Below are positions 9,621-18,422 of a stretch of 64,000 nucleotides of DNA, piece by piece. Where the stretch lies: NCBI GenBank assembly GCA_039593355.1, contig JBCNPK010000011.1:25039-89038 (forward strand), given 5' to 3'. The notes beneath the pieces were generated by a model. The model saw only the letters and a program-made list of their open reading frames with translations, was not told the origin of the DNA and did not search any database. Origin of the DNA: Pseudoduganella sp. (GTDB lineage Bacteria > Pseudomonadota > Gammaproteobacteria > Burkholderiales > Burkholderiaceae_D). Both the position numbers and the translations under genes were made by a program. Every line of letters begins with the position of its first letter. Within the stretch, counting starts at the first letter, position 1.

Positions 9621-10739
9621 ATGCCGTTGGAAGAATTCAAATCGTCGCAACCGTTGACGATGGGCGTGGAGCTGGAGCTGCAGCTGGTCAGCCTGTCGGA
9701 CTTCGACCTGACCGCTTCAAGCCCGGACTTGCTGCATCTCCTGGCGCGCAAGCCATTCCCCGGCCACGTGACGCCGGAGATCACCGAGAGCATGATCGAG
9801 ATTAACAGCGACGTGCACACCAACCACAGCGAACTGCTGGCCCAGTTGCGCGAAACGCGCGACACGCTGGTGCGGGCGGCCGATACGCTGAACATCGGCA
9901 TCTGCGGCGGCGGTACCCACCCGTTCCAGCGCTGGTCGGAGCGCAAGATCTTCTCCAAGCCGCGCTTCAAGGAAGTGTCCGCGCTGTACGGCTATCTGGC
10001 CAAGCAATTCACGATTTTCGGGCAGCACGTGCATATCGGCTGCAGCAGCGGCGACGATGCGCTGTACCTGCTGCATTCGTTGAGCCGCTATGTGCCCCAT
10101 TTCATCGCCTTGTCCGCATCCTCGCCTTACGTGCAGGGGAATGACACCCTGTTCAACTCGGCCCGCCTGAACAGCGTATTTGCTTTCCCCATGAGTGGCC
10201 GTGCGCCCTTCATCCTCAAGTGGGACGAGTTCGAGCACAGCTTCTTCTCCAAGATGGAGCACACGGGCGTGATCAAGTCGATGAAGGACTTTTACTGGGA
10301 CATCCGGCCGAAACCCGAATACGGCACCATCGAATTGCGCGTCTGCGATACGCCGCTGACGGTGGAGCGGGCCGCGGCGCTGGCTTGCTATCTGCAGGCC
10401 TTGTGCTCCTACCTGTTGGAGCGCAAGGAGGCAGCTCCCGCCGAAGACGACTACCTGGTCTACAATTACAACCGTTTCCAGGCTTGTCGCTTTGGCCTGG
10501 ATGGAACGGTCGTGCACCCGAAGACTTACGAGAGCCTGTCCCTGCGTGAAGACATTCTCACTACGCTGCGCCGCATGGATTTGCATGCGGAAGCACTCGG
10601 CGGTAGCGCGGCATTGAACCACCTGATGCAGGTGACGCACATGGGCAGCGACGCCCACTATCTGCGGGCGGAGTTCGATGCATCGGGCAGTGTGGAAGGT
10701 GTCGTCGATGCAGCGATTGCGCGTTTCAGGGGGAATTGA
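9621..10739 (+). CDS. ybdK: carboxylate-amine ligase YbdK (glutamate-cysteine ligase family 2)
   Basis: 372 aa. [10 protein letters not shown]..., [15 protein letters not shown] and YWDIRP...GTIELRVCD are the conserved GCS2/YbdK blocks. Confidence 0.85.
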   Translation: MPLEEFKSSQPLTMGVELELQLVSLSDFDLTASSPDLLHLLARKPFPGHVTPEITESMIEINSDVHTNHSELLAQLRETRDTLVRAADTLNIGICGGGTHPFQRWSERKIFSKPRFKEVSALYGYLAKQFTIFGQHVHIGCSSGDDALYLLHSLSRYVPHFIALSASSPYVQGNDTLFNSARLNSVFAFPMSGRAPFILKWDEFEHSFFSKMEHTGVIKSMKDFYWDIRPKPEYGTIELRVCDTPLTVERAAALACYLQALCSYLLERKEAAPAEDDYLVYNYNRFQACRFGLDGTVVHPKTYESLSLREDILTTLRRMDLHAEALGGSAALNHLMQVTHMGSDAHYLRAEFDASGSVEGVVDAAIARFRGN

Positions 10740-10766
10740 CTGGAATTCAGGGCCTTTATTGACTGA

Positions 10767-10794
10767 TTGTCACCGGGCGCGTCCATCGTATAAT
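10767..10794 (+). promoter_or_regulatory. candidate sigma70 promoter for the 10823 ORF
   Basis: TTGTCA (10767-10772), a 16-nt spacer, then TATAAT (10789-10794). The -10 ends 29 nt upstream of ATG 10823. Confidence 0.35.
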
Positions 10795-10822
10795 CAGGCA
10801 CGAACTTTAATTCAAACAGCTC

Positions 10823-11137
10823 ATGAGCGATAACAGTGTCCTGGGGATTTACACCTTCGAAGGCATTTTCGAAGGGAAGGCGGTGTATGAATACGCATAC
10901 CCGCAAGAGCATGCGCTGCACAAGTGCATGCTGTTCCTGCTGCAGGAAGGGACGGATGCCCTGTGGGACGCGGCGATTATCGAATGCGCCAAATTCGGTT
11001 TCGAGAACGTGGCGATGGACACCTTCAGTATCCTGCAGACCGACATGCTGGAAAAAGCGCCTTTCAAGGACCTGCACGCCCACATCGAAGAAGCCCTGAC
11101 CTTCGGCAGTTCCCTGGTCTTCTACGCCAAGCCTTGA
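10823..11137 (+). CDS. hypothetical cytoplasmic protein (104 aa)
   Basis: Clean ORF with a protein-like composition (MSDNSVLGIYTFEGIFEGKAVYEYAYPQEHALHK...). It has a promoter-like element upstream, and its stop overlaps the TTG start of the next gene. I recognise no family. Confidence 0.5.
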   Translation: MSDNSVLGIYTFEGIFEGKAVYEYAYPQEHALHKCMLFLLQEGTDALWDAAIIECAKFGFENVAMDTFSILQTDMLEKAPFKDLHAHIEEALTFGSSLVFYAKP

Positions 11138-11823
11138 GCTCTTTCCAGCAGTATGGTTTCGAAAAAATCCCTGGGTTGCTCGCAGCCGCCCAGTGCGCGC
11201 AGATAATCGGGCAGCTCCCTTCCATCAGCGGTCCTGGCTCGCGCGCACTACTTGCTCAATCGTGGTGCGCAGGCTTGGCAAGGCAACTCCTCGTTGCCGA
11301 TGCGCTGGCCGGCGTTCTCCCCGCCGGCCATGTCGCCGTGCAGTGCACCCTCTTTGAAAAATCGGAGTCCGTCAATTGGCTGGTGCCCGTGCACCAGGAC
11401 TTGAGCATTCCTGTACGTGAGCGCACCGATGGAGAAGGCCTGCGTGGCTGGTCGCTGAAGGAGGATGGCTGGTACGTTCAGCCTCCGCTAGCGCTGCTGG
11501 AGCATATGATCGCCGTGCGCGTCCACCTGGACGATTGCGGCGAAGACGATGGACCGATTTATGTAGTGCCAGGCTCGCACAGTCAAGGCATCATTAGTGC
11601 GCGTGAGGCGTCCGCGATGCGTGGCAGCGAGCAGGCCTGTTTTGCGAACGCTGGCGATGCCCTCGTCATGCGGCCATTGCTGTTGCATCGCTCTTCCAAG
11701 TCCACTGGCGCCAGTAGGCGCCGAGTGCTGCACTTCCTTTTTGGCCCAGCTAGCATGCCGCAAGGTATAGAATGGCGGGAGCAGGAAGGAGTTTGCCATG
11801 AAAGTTGTCGCCACAATAATTAG
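11134..11823 (+). CDS. phytanoyl-CoA dioxygenase (PhyH) family Fe(II)/2-oxoglutarate oxygenase
   Basis: The real part of track ORF 10924..11823. The N-terminus (TTG)SSFQQYGFEKIPGLL is typical of PhyH. There is an HxD motif in VPVHQDLS and a distal His in LLLHRSSKS. TTG 11134 is in frame and overlaps the upstream TGA (TTGA). Confidence 0.6.
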   Translation: MSSFQQYGFEKIPGLLAAAQCAQIIGQLPSISGPGSRALLAQSWCAGLARQLLVADALAGVLPAGHVAVQCTLFEKSESVNWLVPVHQDLSIPVRERTDGEGLRGWSLKEDGWYVQPPLALLEHMIAVRVHLDDCGEDDGPIYVVPGSHSQGIISAREASAMRGSEQACFANAGDALVMRPLLLHRSSKSTGASRRRVLHFLFGPASMPQGIEWREQEGVCHESCRHNN

Positions 11824-12274
11824 CTTGGTGTTATGCCAGGCCGCGCTGGCCGGGACCAATGCTTTGTCGCCATCTGACGAAGCCGCCGCATTCAAGGCGG
11901 CCGGATTCAAACAACACGGCAAGCAGTGGAAGGCATGCAAGGATGCTAGCGCCAGCTATGTGCCCGGGGCGATCGAACAAGTCCAGGACATCAATGGCGA
12001 CGGGCGTCCCGAGGCGGTCATCACCGAAGGCAGCACCGCCTGTTTTGGCGACACCGGTGTGGGCTACACCCTGGTCAGCAAACAGGCTGACGGCAGCTGG
12101 GAAGTCATGTCGCGCGGCGTCGGCATCCTGATCGTTCAAAAGACCAAAGGCAAAGACGGTTGGCCCGACCTCGAAATCGGCGGCCCCGGCTTCTGCTTCC
12201 CCATCGAACGCTGGAACGGCAGCGAATACAAGGTCATCGGAAAGCAATACGAAGGCAAACCCTGCAAGCGTTAA
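11798..12274 (+). CDS. secreted hypothetical protein (signal peptide, FG-GAP/VCBS-like DINGDG motif)
   Basis: The signal peptide MKVVATIISLVLCQAALAG is followed by a soluble 140-aa domain containing DINGDGRPEAVI. Confidence 0.6.
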   Translation: MKVVATIISLVLCQAALAGTNALSPSDEAAAFKAAGFKQHGKQWKACKDASASYVPGAIEQVQDINGDGRPEAVITEGSTACFGDTGVGYTLVSKQADGSWEVMSRGVGILIVQKTKGKDGWPDLEIGGPGFCFPIERWNGSEYKVIGKQYEGKPCKR

Positions 12275-13224
12275 AAGCGGGTTTCGCGGGCGGCGCGGAG
12301 GAAGCTGTCGAGGATGCCGGTGCAGTCGAGAAGTTCGACGCCGCCGGCGCGGTGGAATTCGGGGTGCCACTGCAATCCCATGACGAAGGGCGCCCTTTGG
12401 TAGCGGATCGCCTCGATCATATTGTCCGGATAGGACAGCGCTTCCACCTGCATGTCTTTGCCCAGCGTTTTCACCGCCTGGTGGTGGATCGAATTCACCA
12501 GCGCGCGCTGCGGGCCCTTCACCATGGCCGGTAGTGAAGAGCCGGGAGGGAAGGTGATTTCGTGACGGTGCCGGTCGTAGTCGTCCGAGACATGGGGATG
12601 CGCATCCGGCACGTCGGTTGCGATATCCTGGTACAGCGTGCCGCCAAAGGCGACGTTCAGCAGCTGGCATCCGCGGCAGATACCCAGCACCGGCTTGCCC
12701 GCTTCGACAAATTCATGCAGCAGCTCCAGCTCGTACATGTCGCGCGCCCGGTCGCCGCTCCATTCGGGCTTGGTGGGCGCCTCGGCATAGCTTTGCGGCG
12801 AAACGTCGGCGCCGCCCTGCAGCACCAGGCCGTCCAGGTGCTTGGCGTAATCGCGCAGGCGGATGTTGGAAGGATGCAGCAGGCCCGATGTATTCACGGT
12901 GGGGATCATGAACACCAGCACGTCGCGCGACATCACCCACTGCGCCACCGACTCCTCCAGGTATTGCAGGTTCTTGCTGCGCAGCCCCGTTGCGCCGGGT
13001 TCGGGATGATAAATGCGGGCCGAGACGCCAATGTGCAAAGGGCGCTGGATGATATGCCGCGTGGCCGCGGCCGCCCAGCGCTTGTAGCGGGCCATGATGA
13101 CGCGCCCCCACAGGCTGAAGATGGTCTCACCGGGATCGAGATAGCGCGGCGCATCGCCGGCCCGGCGCCGCTGTCCGCGGTCGCCCTCGCGGCGGTCGTG
13201 TTTGCGGGGATCGTGATCGCTCAT
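12271..13224 (-). CDS. gamma-glutamyl-gamma-aminobutyrate hydrolase-like class I glutamine amidotransferase (peptidase C26)
   Basis: GICRGCQLLNVAFGGTLYQDI (nucleophile Cys elbow) and NSIHHQAV...WHPEF are C26/PuuD blocks. A strong GAGGAGG lies 8 nt upstream of ATG 13224. The N-terminal 45 aa form a charged extension. Confidence 0.8.
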   Translation of the reverse strand: MSDHDPRKHDRREGDRGQRRRAGDAPRYLDPGETIFSLWGRVIMARYKRWAAAATRHIIQRPLHIGVSARIYHPEPGATGLRSKNLQYLEESVAQWVMSRDVLVFMIPTVNTSGLLHPSNIRLRDYAKHLDGLVLQGGADVSPQSYAEAPTKPEWSGDRARDMYELELLHEFVEAGKPVLGICRGCQLLNVAFGGTLYQDIATDVPDAHPHVSDDYDRHRHEITFPPGSSLPAMVKGPQRALVNSIHHQAVKTLGKDMQVEALSYPDNMIEAIRYQRAPFVMGLQWHPEFHRAGGVELLDCTGILDSFLRAARETRF

Positions 13225-13278
13225 GCGCAGGCTGCCTCCTCAGGCCGAGTTTCGCATACACGCGGATTTAAAGACGCA

Positions 13279-13920
13279 CTACTGGCCCTTGAGCAGTGCC
13301 AGCACTTCCTCTTCCGATACCTGGGGAAAGCTGCGGTAATGCCGGCTGACGGACATGAAGTTCATTGGCGCCGCGAGGTAGACGATGCCGTCGGCCAGCG
13401 GCGCAATGATTTCCAGCGAGTCCGGGGCTGCTACCGGCACGGCGGCCAGCAATTGATAGGGCTTGCGCGCGCGCGTGGCGCGCAGTGCCGCGGCCATGGT
13501 GGAACCTGTCGCCAGGCCGTCGTCGACGATCACCACGATGCGGCCTTCGGGATTGGCCGGCGGCCGCTGGCTGCCGTAAGAAGCGCGGCGCCGCCGCATC
13601 AGTTCCACCTGTTCGTGGGTTTGCAGCTCTACCCACTCCATGCTGGTGCGTGTTCGGTTGAAGTAGGGCGCAAGTTCGCGGTTGCCATGTTCGTCGACGG
13701 CGCCGACGGCCAGCTCGGGATCGATGGCGGAAGGGATCTTCCGCACCAGCACAACGTCCAGCTCGCCCTGCAGCCGGTCGGCGATGATGCGCCCCATTGG
13801 CACGGCGCCGCGGGGAATGGCGAGTATCAGGGGATTACTGCCGCGCAGGTATGCAAGCTTCTCGGCCAGCAGTTCGGCGGCCTGCTTGCGATCCTGAAGG
13901 GGGAGTTCGATGTCGTCCAT
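13279..13920 (-). CDS. phosphoribosyltransferase family protein
   Basis: PRPP-binding loop VVIVDDGLATGSTM, and N-terminal RKQAAELLAEKL...ILAIPRGAVPMG. Start at ATG 13920 (GGAGG 7 nt upstream); the track ORF starts at 13944. Confidence 0.8.
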   Translation of the reverse strand: MDDIELPLQDRKQAAELLAEKLAYLRGSNPLILAIPRGAVPMGRIIADRLQGELDVVLVRKIPSAIDPELAVGAVDEHGNRELAPYFNRTRTSMEWVELQTHEQVELMRRRRASYGSQRPPANPEGRIVVIVDDGLATGSTMAAALRATRARKPYQLLAAVPVAAPDSLEIIAPLADGIVYLAAPMNFMSVSRHYRSFPQVSEEEVLALLKGQ

Positions 13921-13974
13921 GCTAGCCTCCGCCGCGCTGTCCATATGACAGCATAGCGCGGTAAGGCGCGCGCG

Positions 13975-14310
13975 TTAAGCCTGGATATCGAGCAGTGTGC
14001 CGATGCGCTCATCGGCAGCCTTCACCACCTTGGCCGACAGGTCGAAGTTGGCTTTGTAGACCAGCGAGTTGGTGATGGCGCTGGCCGGGTCGGTGCCCGA
14101 CGGTGCTGCACCGGCATTGTCGGCGGCGGCCAGGCCGCGCGCAGCAGTGGAAATGGTGACGCTGGTGCCGCCCGGCGTTTCCTGGAAATTGGCTTGCTGC
14201 GGCTGGAAGTTCTGGGTCGACAGGTTGGCGACGTTGTGCCCCTCCACCGCCAGCGCTTGCTGGTTGGACTGGAGGCCGGAAAGCCCGGCTTGGAGTGCGG
14301 AAATCGTCAT
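13975..14310 (-). CDS. small protein with flagellar rod/hook-type N- and C-terminal segments only (mini rod-like protein)
   Basis: 111 aa. The N-terminus ISALQAGLSGLQSNQQALAVEGHNVANLSTQNF resembles the flg_bb_rod signature. The C-terminus ITNSLVYKANFDLSAKVVKAADERIGTLLDI resembles the rod C-terminal segment. No other flagellar gene is in the window. Confidence 0.5.
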   Translation of the reverse strand: MTISALQAGLSGLQSNQQALAVEGHNVANLSTQNFQPQQANFQETPGGTSVTISTAARGLAAADNAGAAPSGTDPASAITNSLVYKANFDLSAKVVKAADERIGTLLDIQA

Positions 14311-14423
14311 GGCGCCAGTTTAACCGATTCCATGTGGAAACAAACGATCTGCCCAAAAAATAAGCACGGCAAGCAACACATGGTATGATGATGGTCGCAA
14401 TGATTGAAGCGGGAGGGCTTGCG

Positions 14424-14981
14424 ATGAAGATCACGAAGGAAAAAGCCGCCGAAAACCGGCAGTTGCTGGTCGAAACGGCGGCGCGGCTATTCCGCGAGAA
14501 AGGGATCGATGGCGTGGGCGTTGCCGAGATCAGCAAGGCCGCCGGCCTGACCCATGGCGCCCTGTACGCCCATTTCCCGTCCAAGGATGCGCTGGCGGCA
14601 GAAGCGATGCATTTCAGCACCTGCTCGGCCTTTGGCAAACTGAACGAGCGTCCCTTGACGCTGCCCGAACTGGTCGCTTATTACCTGGCGCCAGAGCAGC
14701 GCGACAACCTGGCGGAAGGCTGCCCGCTGGCCGCCGCCGCCAGCGAAGTGGCGCGCCAGGATGCGGGCGTCAGCGCCAACTATACGAGCGGCTTCCGGCA
14801 GATGGTGGACTACATCGGCAGCCGGCTGCCGCCCGGGGAGAACCGACGGCAGCGGGCCCAGGCCATCATGGCCGCGCTGGTGGGCGCGGTCTCGGTGTCG
14901 CGCAATGTCTACAAAACAGACCCCGAATTGGCCGATGAAGTGCTGGAATCCGTGCGTTCCATGCTACTGAAGCTGAGTTAA
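14424..14981 (+). CDS. TetR/AcrR family transcriptional regulator
   Basis: The N-terminal HTH block LLVETAARLFREKGIDGVGVAEISKAAGLTHGALYAHFPSKDAL is classic TetR. Start at ATG 14424 (GGGAGGG upstream). Confidence 0.85.
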   Translation: MKITKEKAAENRQLLVETAARLFREKGIDGVGVAEISKAAGLTHGALYAHFPSKDALAAEAMHFSTCSAFGKLNERPLTLPELVAYYLAPEQRDNLAEGCPLAAAASEVARQDAGVSANYTSGFRQMVDYIGSRLPPGENRRQRAQAIMAALVGAVSVSRNVYKTDPELADEVLESVRSMLLKLS

Positions 14982-15041
14982 TTGCTACGTTTAACGTTTT
15001 GGGATTGCTTTCCTGAGCCGTGCGCATAAAAATCTGGGACA

Positions 15042-16220
15042 TTGCCCAAACGCATCGTTCCGGAGAGCATCATCAAAGCCTTCGCTGCCACACTTGCCGC
15101 CTTATTGCTGGCCTGTGCCAGCCTGCCAATCGCGCAGGCCGGGGAAGTTGCGCTCGATGCGCGCCTGAATGAGCAAATTATCAAGATCCCCGCCGGCCGC
15201 GCCCAGGATGTGCAACTGGAAACCACGGTCTTCCGCCCGCCCGGCCAAGGTCCGTTCCCGCTGCTGATCGTCAACCATGGCAAGGCGCCGGGCAATCCCA
15301 AGCTGCAGGCACGCGACCGCTTCATTTACCTGGCCACGGCTTTCGTGCGCCGCGGCTATGCAGTGATGGTTCCGATGCGGACCGGCTTCGCCAACTCCAC
15401 CGGCAAATTCGTCGAGTACGGCTGCAATATGACGGCCAACGGCTACGAACAGGCGGGCGATATTGCGGACGTGGTGCGCTATGCGCGCTCCCAGCCCTGG
15501 GTCGACAGCGAACACATTGTGCTGGCCGGCCAATCCTTCGGCGGCCTGGCGAGCATGGCGGCGGCCACGCAGGAGATGCCGGGCGTGCGCGGCGTGATGA
15601 ATTTTGCGGGTGGCTTGAAAGTGCACGGCGACCTGTGCGACTGGCGGCGTGCGCTGGTCAAGGCCTTCACCGAATACGGCCGCCGCAACAAGGTGCCGAG
15701 CATGTGGATGTATGGCGCCAATGACAGCTACTTCGGTCCCGAACTGGCGGCGCGCATGCACGGCGCGTTCACGGCCGCCGGCGGCAAGGCGGAGCTGGTC
15801 GCCTATGGCCCGTTCAAGAAAGACGCCCACGGTTTGCTGGGCAACCGCGACGGCGCCACGGTCTGGCTGCCGGAAGTGGAGCGCTTCCTGGCCGAAATCG
15901 GCATGCCGACGCGCGAGGTGTATGCCGTGGCGGACCCGCCAGCCCAGCGCGCCACCCGTTATGCAGCGTTGGATGATGTCGATGCCGTGCCCTTCGTGCC
16001 GCAACGCGGCCGCGAGCAGTACCGCGAATTCCTGAACAAGGCGACGCCGCGCGCCTTCGCCATTTCGTCCACCGGTTCGTGGGGCTGGGCGGAGGAGGGC
16101 GAAAACACCAATGAGAAGGCGCTGGCCGCCTGTCAGGCCGCCAGCAAGGAACCGTGCCGCCTGTATTCCGTCGATAACGACATCGTCTGGCCCGAGCACG
16201 GCACGGCCGGGCGCAACTAG
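15042..16220 (+). CDS. secreted alpha/beta hydrolase (dienelactone hydrolase-like) with a C-terminal DUF4189-like domain
   Basis: Signal-like AATLAALLLACASLPIAQA, hydrolase core with nucleophile elbow GQSFGG, and a C-terminal AFAISSTGSWGWAEEGENTNEKALAACQAASKEPCRLY segment resembling DUF4189. It uses a TTG start and has no in-frame ATG near the N-terminus. Confidence 0.65.
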   Translation: MPKRIVPESIIKAFAATLAALLLACASLPIAQAGEVALDARLNEQIIKIPAGRAQDVQLETTVFRPPGQGPFPLLIVNHGKAPGNPKLQARDRFIYLATAFVRRGYAVMVPMRTGFANSTGKFVEYGCNMTANGYEQAGDIADVVRYARSQPWVDSEHIVLAGQSFGGLASMAAATQEMPGVRGVMNFAGGLKVHGDLCDWRRALVKAFTEYGRRNKVPSMWMYGANDSYFGPELAARMHGAFTAAGGKAELVAYGPFKKDAHGLLGNRDGATVWLPEVERFLAEIGMPTREVYAVADPPAQRATRYAALDDVDAVPFVPQRGREQYREFLNKATPRAFAISSTGSWGWAEEGENTNEKALAACQAASKEPCRLYSVDNDIVWPEHGTAGRN

Positions 16221-16600
16221 AACAATGTGAAAGCGGCGACGAAAGTGAGCGCGGCGCTCAGGTAGCCCAGCGGGCGCTGTGCCCACAACATGCGGTAAGC
16301 CATGACGGCGCAAGGCCGGTGCAGGTTGACGAAGGCGTAGCTGGACAGCAGGTTCTGCACGGCGACCCAGGCATGCATCAAGATCGCAGCGCCCAGCATG
16401 GCGATGCCGCCGCCATGTGCGATTGCAGCGCGCTCGACAGCGGCAACGATCACCGCCCCCTGTCCTATCCCCAGCATCATTCCCAGCATTGCCACGCGCA
16501 GCAGGCGCGGGTGGAAGTATTGGCGCTGCCATTGCGGCAGCAGGCTGAGTGCATGCAGGACAAGCACCATCGTTAAACTGAGCTGGTACAGGTCCAACAT
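16217..16600 (-). CDS. hypothetical small membrane protein
   Basis: About 127 aa from ATG 16600, with four hydrophobic segments (MLDLYQLSLTMVLVLHALSLL...). The upstream extension to 16780 would overlap the fdsB start and looks non-coding. The start is uncertain. Confidence 0.4.
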   Translation of the reverse strand: MLDLYQLSLTMVLVLHALSLLPQWQRQYFHPRLLRVAMLGMMLGIGQGAVIVAAVERAAIAHGGGIAMLGAAILMHAWVAVQNLLSSYAFVNLHRPCAVMAYRMLWAQRPLGYLSAALTFVAAFTLF

Positions 16601-16727
16601 GGACGCCAATGATTGCAAATTTTCCACGGGCGTACCTCCGCGCTGTGGCATCCTTATGTTGAAATTAACATATTCCGCCACAGGGCTACGCATGATACCC
16701 TGAGGTAAGCAAACGCCATTTCGCGAG

Positions 16728-18422
16728 GTGAAGCAGGGCATGATTCCTATTGCAGTGCAGGGTGCCAGCCGGGAACGCAAGCGCCAGCGGCCGAAAGGCC
16801 GGCAGGTCGACGCTGCTGCGTTGCAGCAGGTGCGGACTTTACTTGGATCGGCGCCGCGCCGGCGCGACTTGCTGATCGAATTCCTTCATTTGATCCAGGA
16901 TGCGTATGGCTGCCTGTCGGCGGCGCACCTGGCGGCCCTCGCTTCCGAACTGCGGCTGGCGCAAGTTGAAGTCTTTGAAGTCGCTTCTTTTTACCACCAT
17001 TTCGATATCGTCCGCGAAGGCGAGGTCGCGCCAGCAGCGCTGACCGTACGCGTGTGCGATGGCCTGTCGTGTGAGCTGGCTGGGGCAGGCGAGTTGCTGG
17101 CGCGCTTGCCGGCCCTGCTGGGGCGCGAAGTGCGGGTGCTGCGGGCACCGTGCATCGGGCGCTGCGAGCAGGCGCCCGCTGCGTTGGTAGGCCAGACTGC
17201 GGTGGAACAGGCGAGTTGCGAGAGCATTGCCGCCGTTGTTGCCGCCAGCGCGAGCGGCGGCATCAAGGACGACGCGGGCACGAACACCGCGGCCGAGGGC
17301 GTGGCCGCCGGACCCTTCTTTGCGGTGCTGCGCGAATGCCTGTCGGGCGCCCGGACCGCGGAAGCGGTGATCGCAGAGCTTGAGGATTCCGGTTTGCGCG
17401 GCTTGGGCGGGGCCGGTTTCCCGGCTGGCCGCAAGTGGCGCATCGTCCGCAGCGAGCCTGGACCGCGCCTGATGGCCGTCAACATCGACGAAGGCGAGCC
17501 GGGCACGTTCAAGGACCGCTACTACCTGGAGCGCAACCCGCGCCAGTTCATCGAAGGCATGCTGATCGCAGCCTGGGCGGTAGGCATCGACGACATCTAC
17601 GTCTATCTGCGCGATGAGTATCACGATTGCCGCAAGCTGCTGCAGCGCGAGCTGGAGCGGTTGGCGCCCGCGGAACCGCGCATCCACCTGCGGCGCGGAG
17701 CCGGCGCCTACATCTGCGGCGAAGAATCTGCCATGATCGAGTCGATCGAAGGCAAGCGCGGCATGCCGCGCCTGCGTCCTCCCTATGTGGCGCAAAAAGG
17801 TTTGTTTGGCCGCCCGACGCTGGAACATAATTTCGAAACCCTGTACTGGATTCCCGAAATCCTGGCGAAAGGCGCGAAATGGTTCGCCGGCCATGGCCGG
17901 AACGGACGCCAGGGATTGCGCTCGTTTTCCGTGTCTGGCCGGGTCAAAGAACCCGGCGTTAAACTGGCGCCTGCCGGAATCACCGTGCAGGAGCTGATCG
18001 AGGAATACTGCGGCGGCATGCAGGAAGGCCACAAGTTGTACGCCTACCTGCCAGGCGGCGCTTCGGGCGGCATCCTTCCCGCCAGTATGGCCAACGTCCC
18101 GCTCGATTTCGACACCTTACAGCCTTACGGATGCTTTATCGGCTCCGCCGCCATCATCGTATTGTCGCAGCAGGACAGCGCGCGCGCCGCCGCCGGCAAT
18201 ATGATGCGCTTCTTCCGCCATGAATCCTGCGGCCAGTGCACGCCTTGCCGCGCCGGTACCGCCAAGGCGGCCGGGCTGATCGAGCAGCCGGTCTGGGATG
18301 CCGCCCTGCTTGGCGAGCTTTCGCAAGTGATGCGGGACGCTTCCATCTGCGGCCTGGGCCAGGCGGCGCCTAACCCGGTCGACTGCGTGCTCAAATACTT
18401 CCCGCACGAGGTAACGCGATGA
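16728..18422 (+). CDS. fdsB: NAD-dependent formate dehydrogenase diaphorase subunit, fused NuoE-like (FdsG) and NuoF-like (FdsB) domains
   Basis: The N-terminal 2Fe-2S thioredoxin-like part (VCDGLSCELAG...CIGRCEQAPA) is followed by a NuoF-like part (GLGGAGFPAGRKW, NIDEGEPGTFKDR, ESCGQCTPCR). ATG 16740 with AGGTG upstream is an alternative start. Confidence 0.85.
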   Translation: MKQGMIPIAVQGASRERKRQRPKGRQVDAAALQQVRTLLGSAPRRRDLLIEFLHLIQDAYGCLSAAHLAALASELRLAQVEVFEVASFYHHFDIVREGEVAPAALTVRVCDGLSCELAGAGELLARLPALLGREVRVLRAPCIGRCEQAPAALVGQTAVEQASCESIAAVVAASASGGIKDDAGTNTAAEGVAAGPFFAVLRECLSGARTAEAVIAELEDSGLRGLGGAGFPAGRKWRIVRSEPGPRLMAVNIDEGEPGTFKDRYYLERNPRQFIEGMLIAAWAVGIDDIYVYLRDEYHDCRKLLQRELERLAPAEPRIHLRRGAGAYICGEESAMIESIEGKRGMPRLRPPYVAQKGLFGRPTLEHNFETLYWIPEILAKGAKWFAGHGRNGRQGLRSFSVSGRVKEPGVKLAPAGITVQELIEEYCGGMQEGHKLYAYLPGGASGGILPASMANVPLDFDTLQPYGCFIGSAAIIVLSQQDSARAAAGNMMRFFRHESCGQCTPCRAGTAKAAGLIEQPVWDAALLGELSQVMRDASICGLGQAAPNPVDCVLKYFPHEVTR

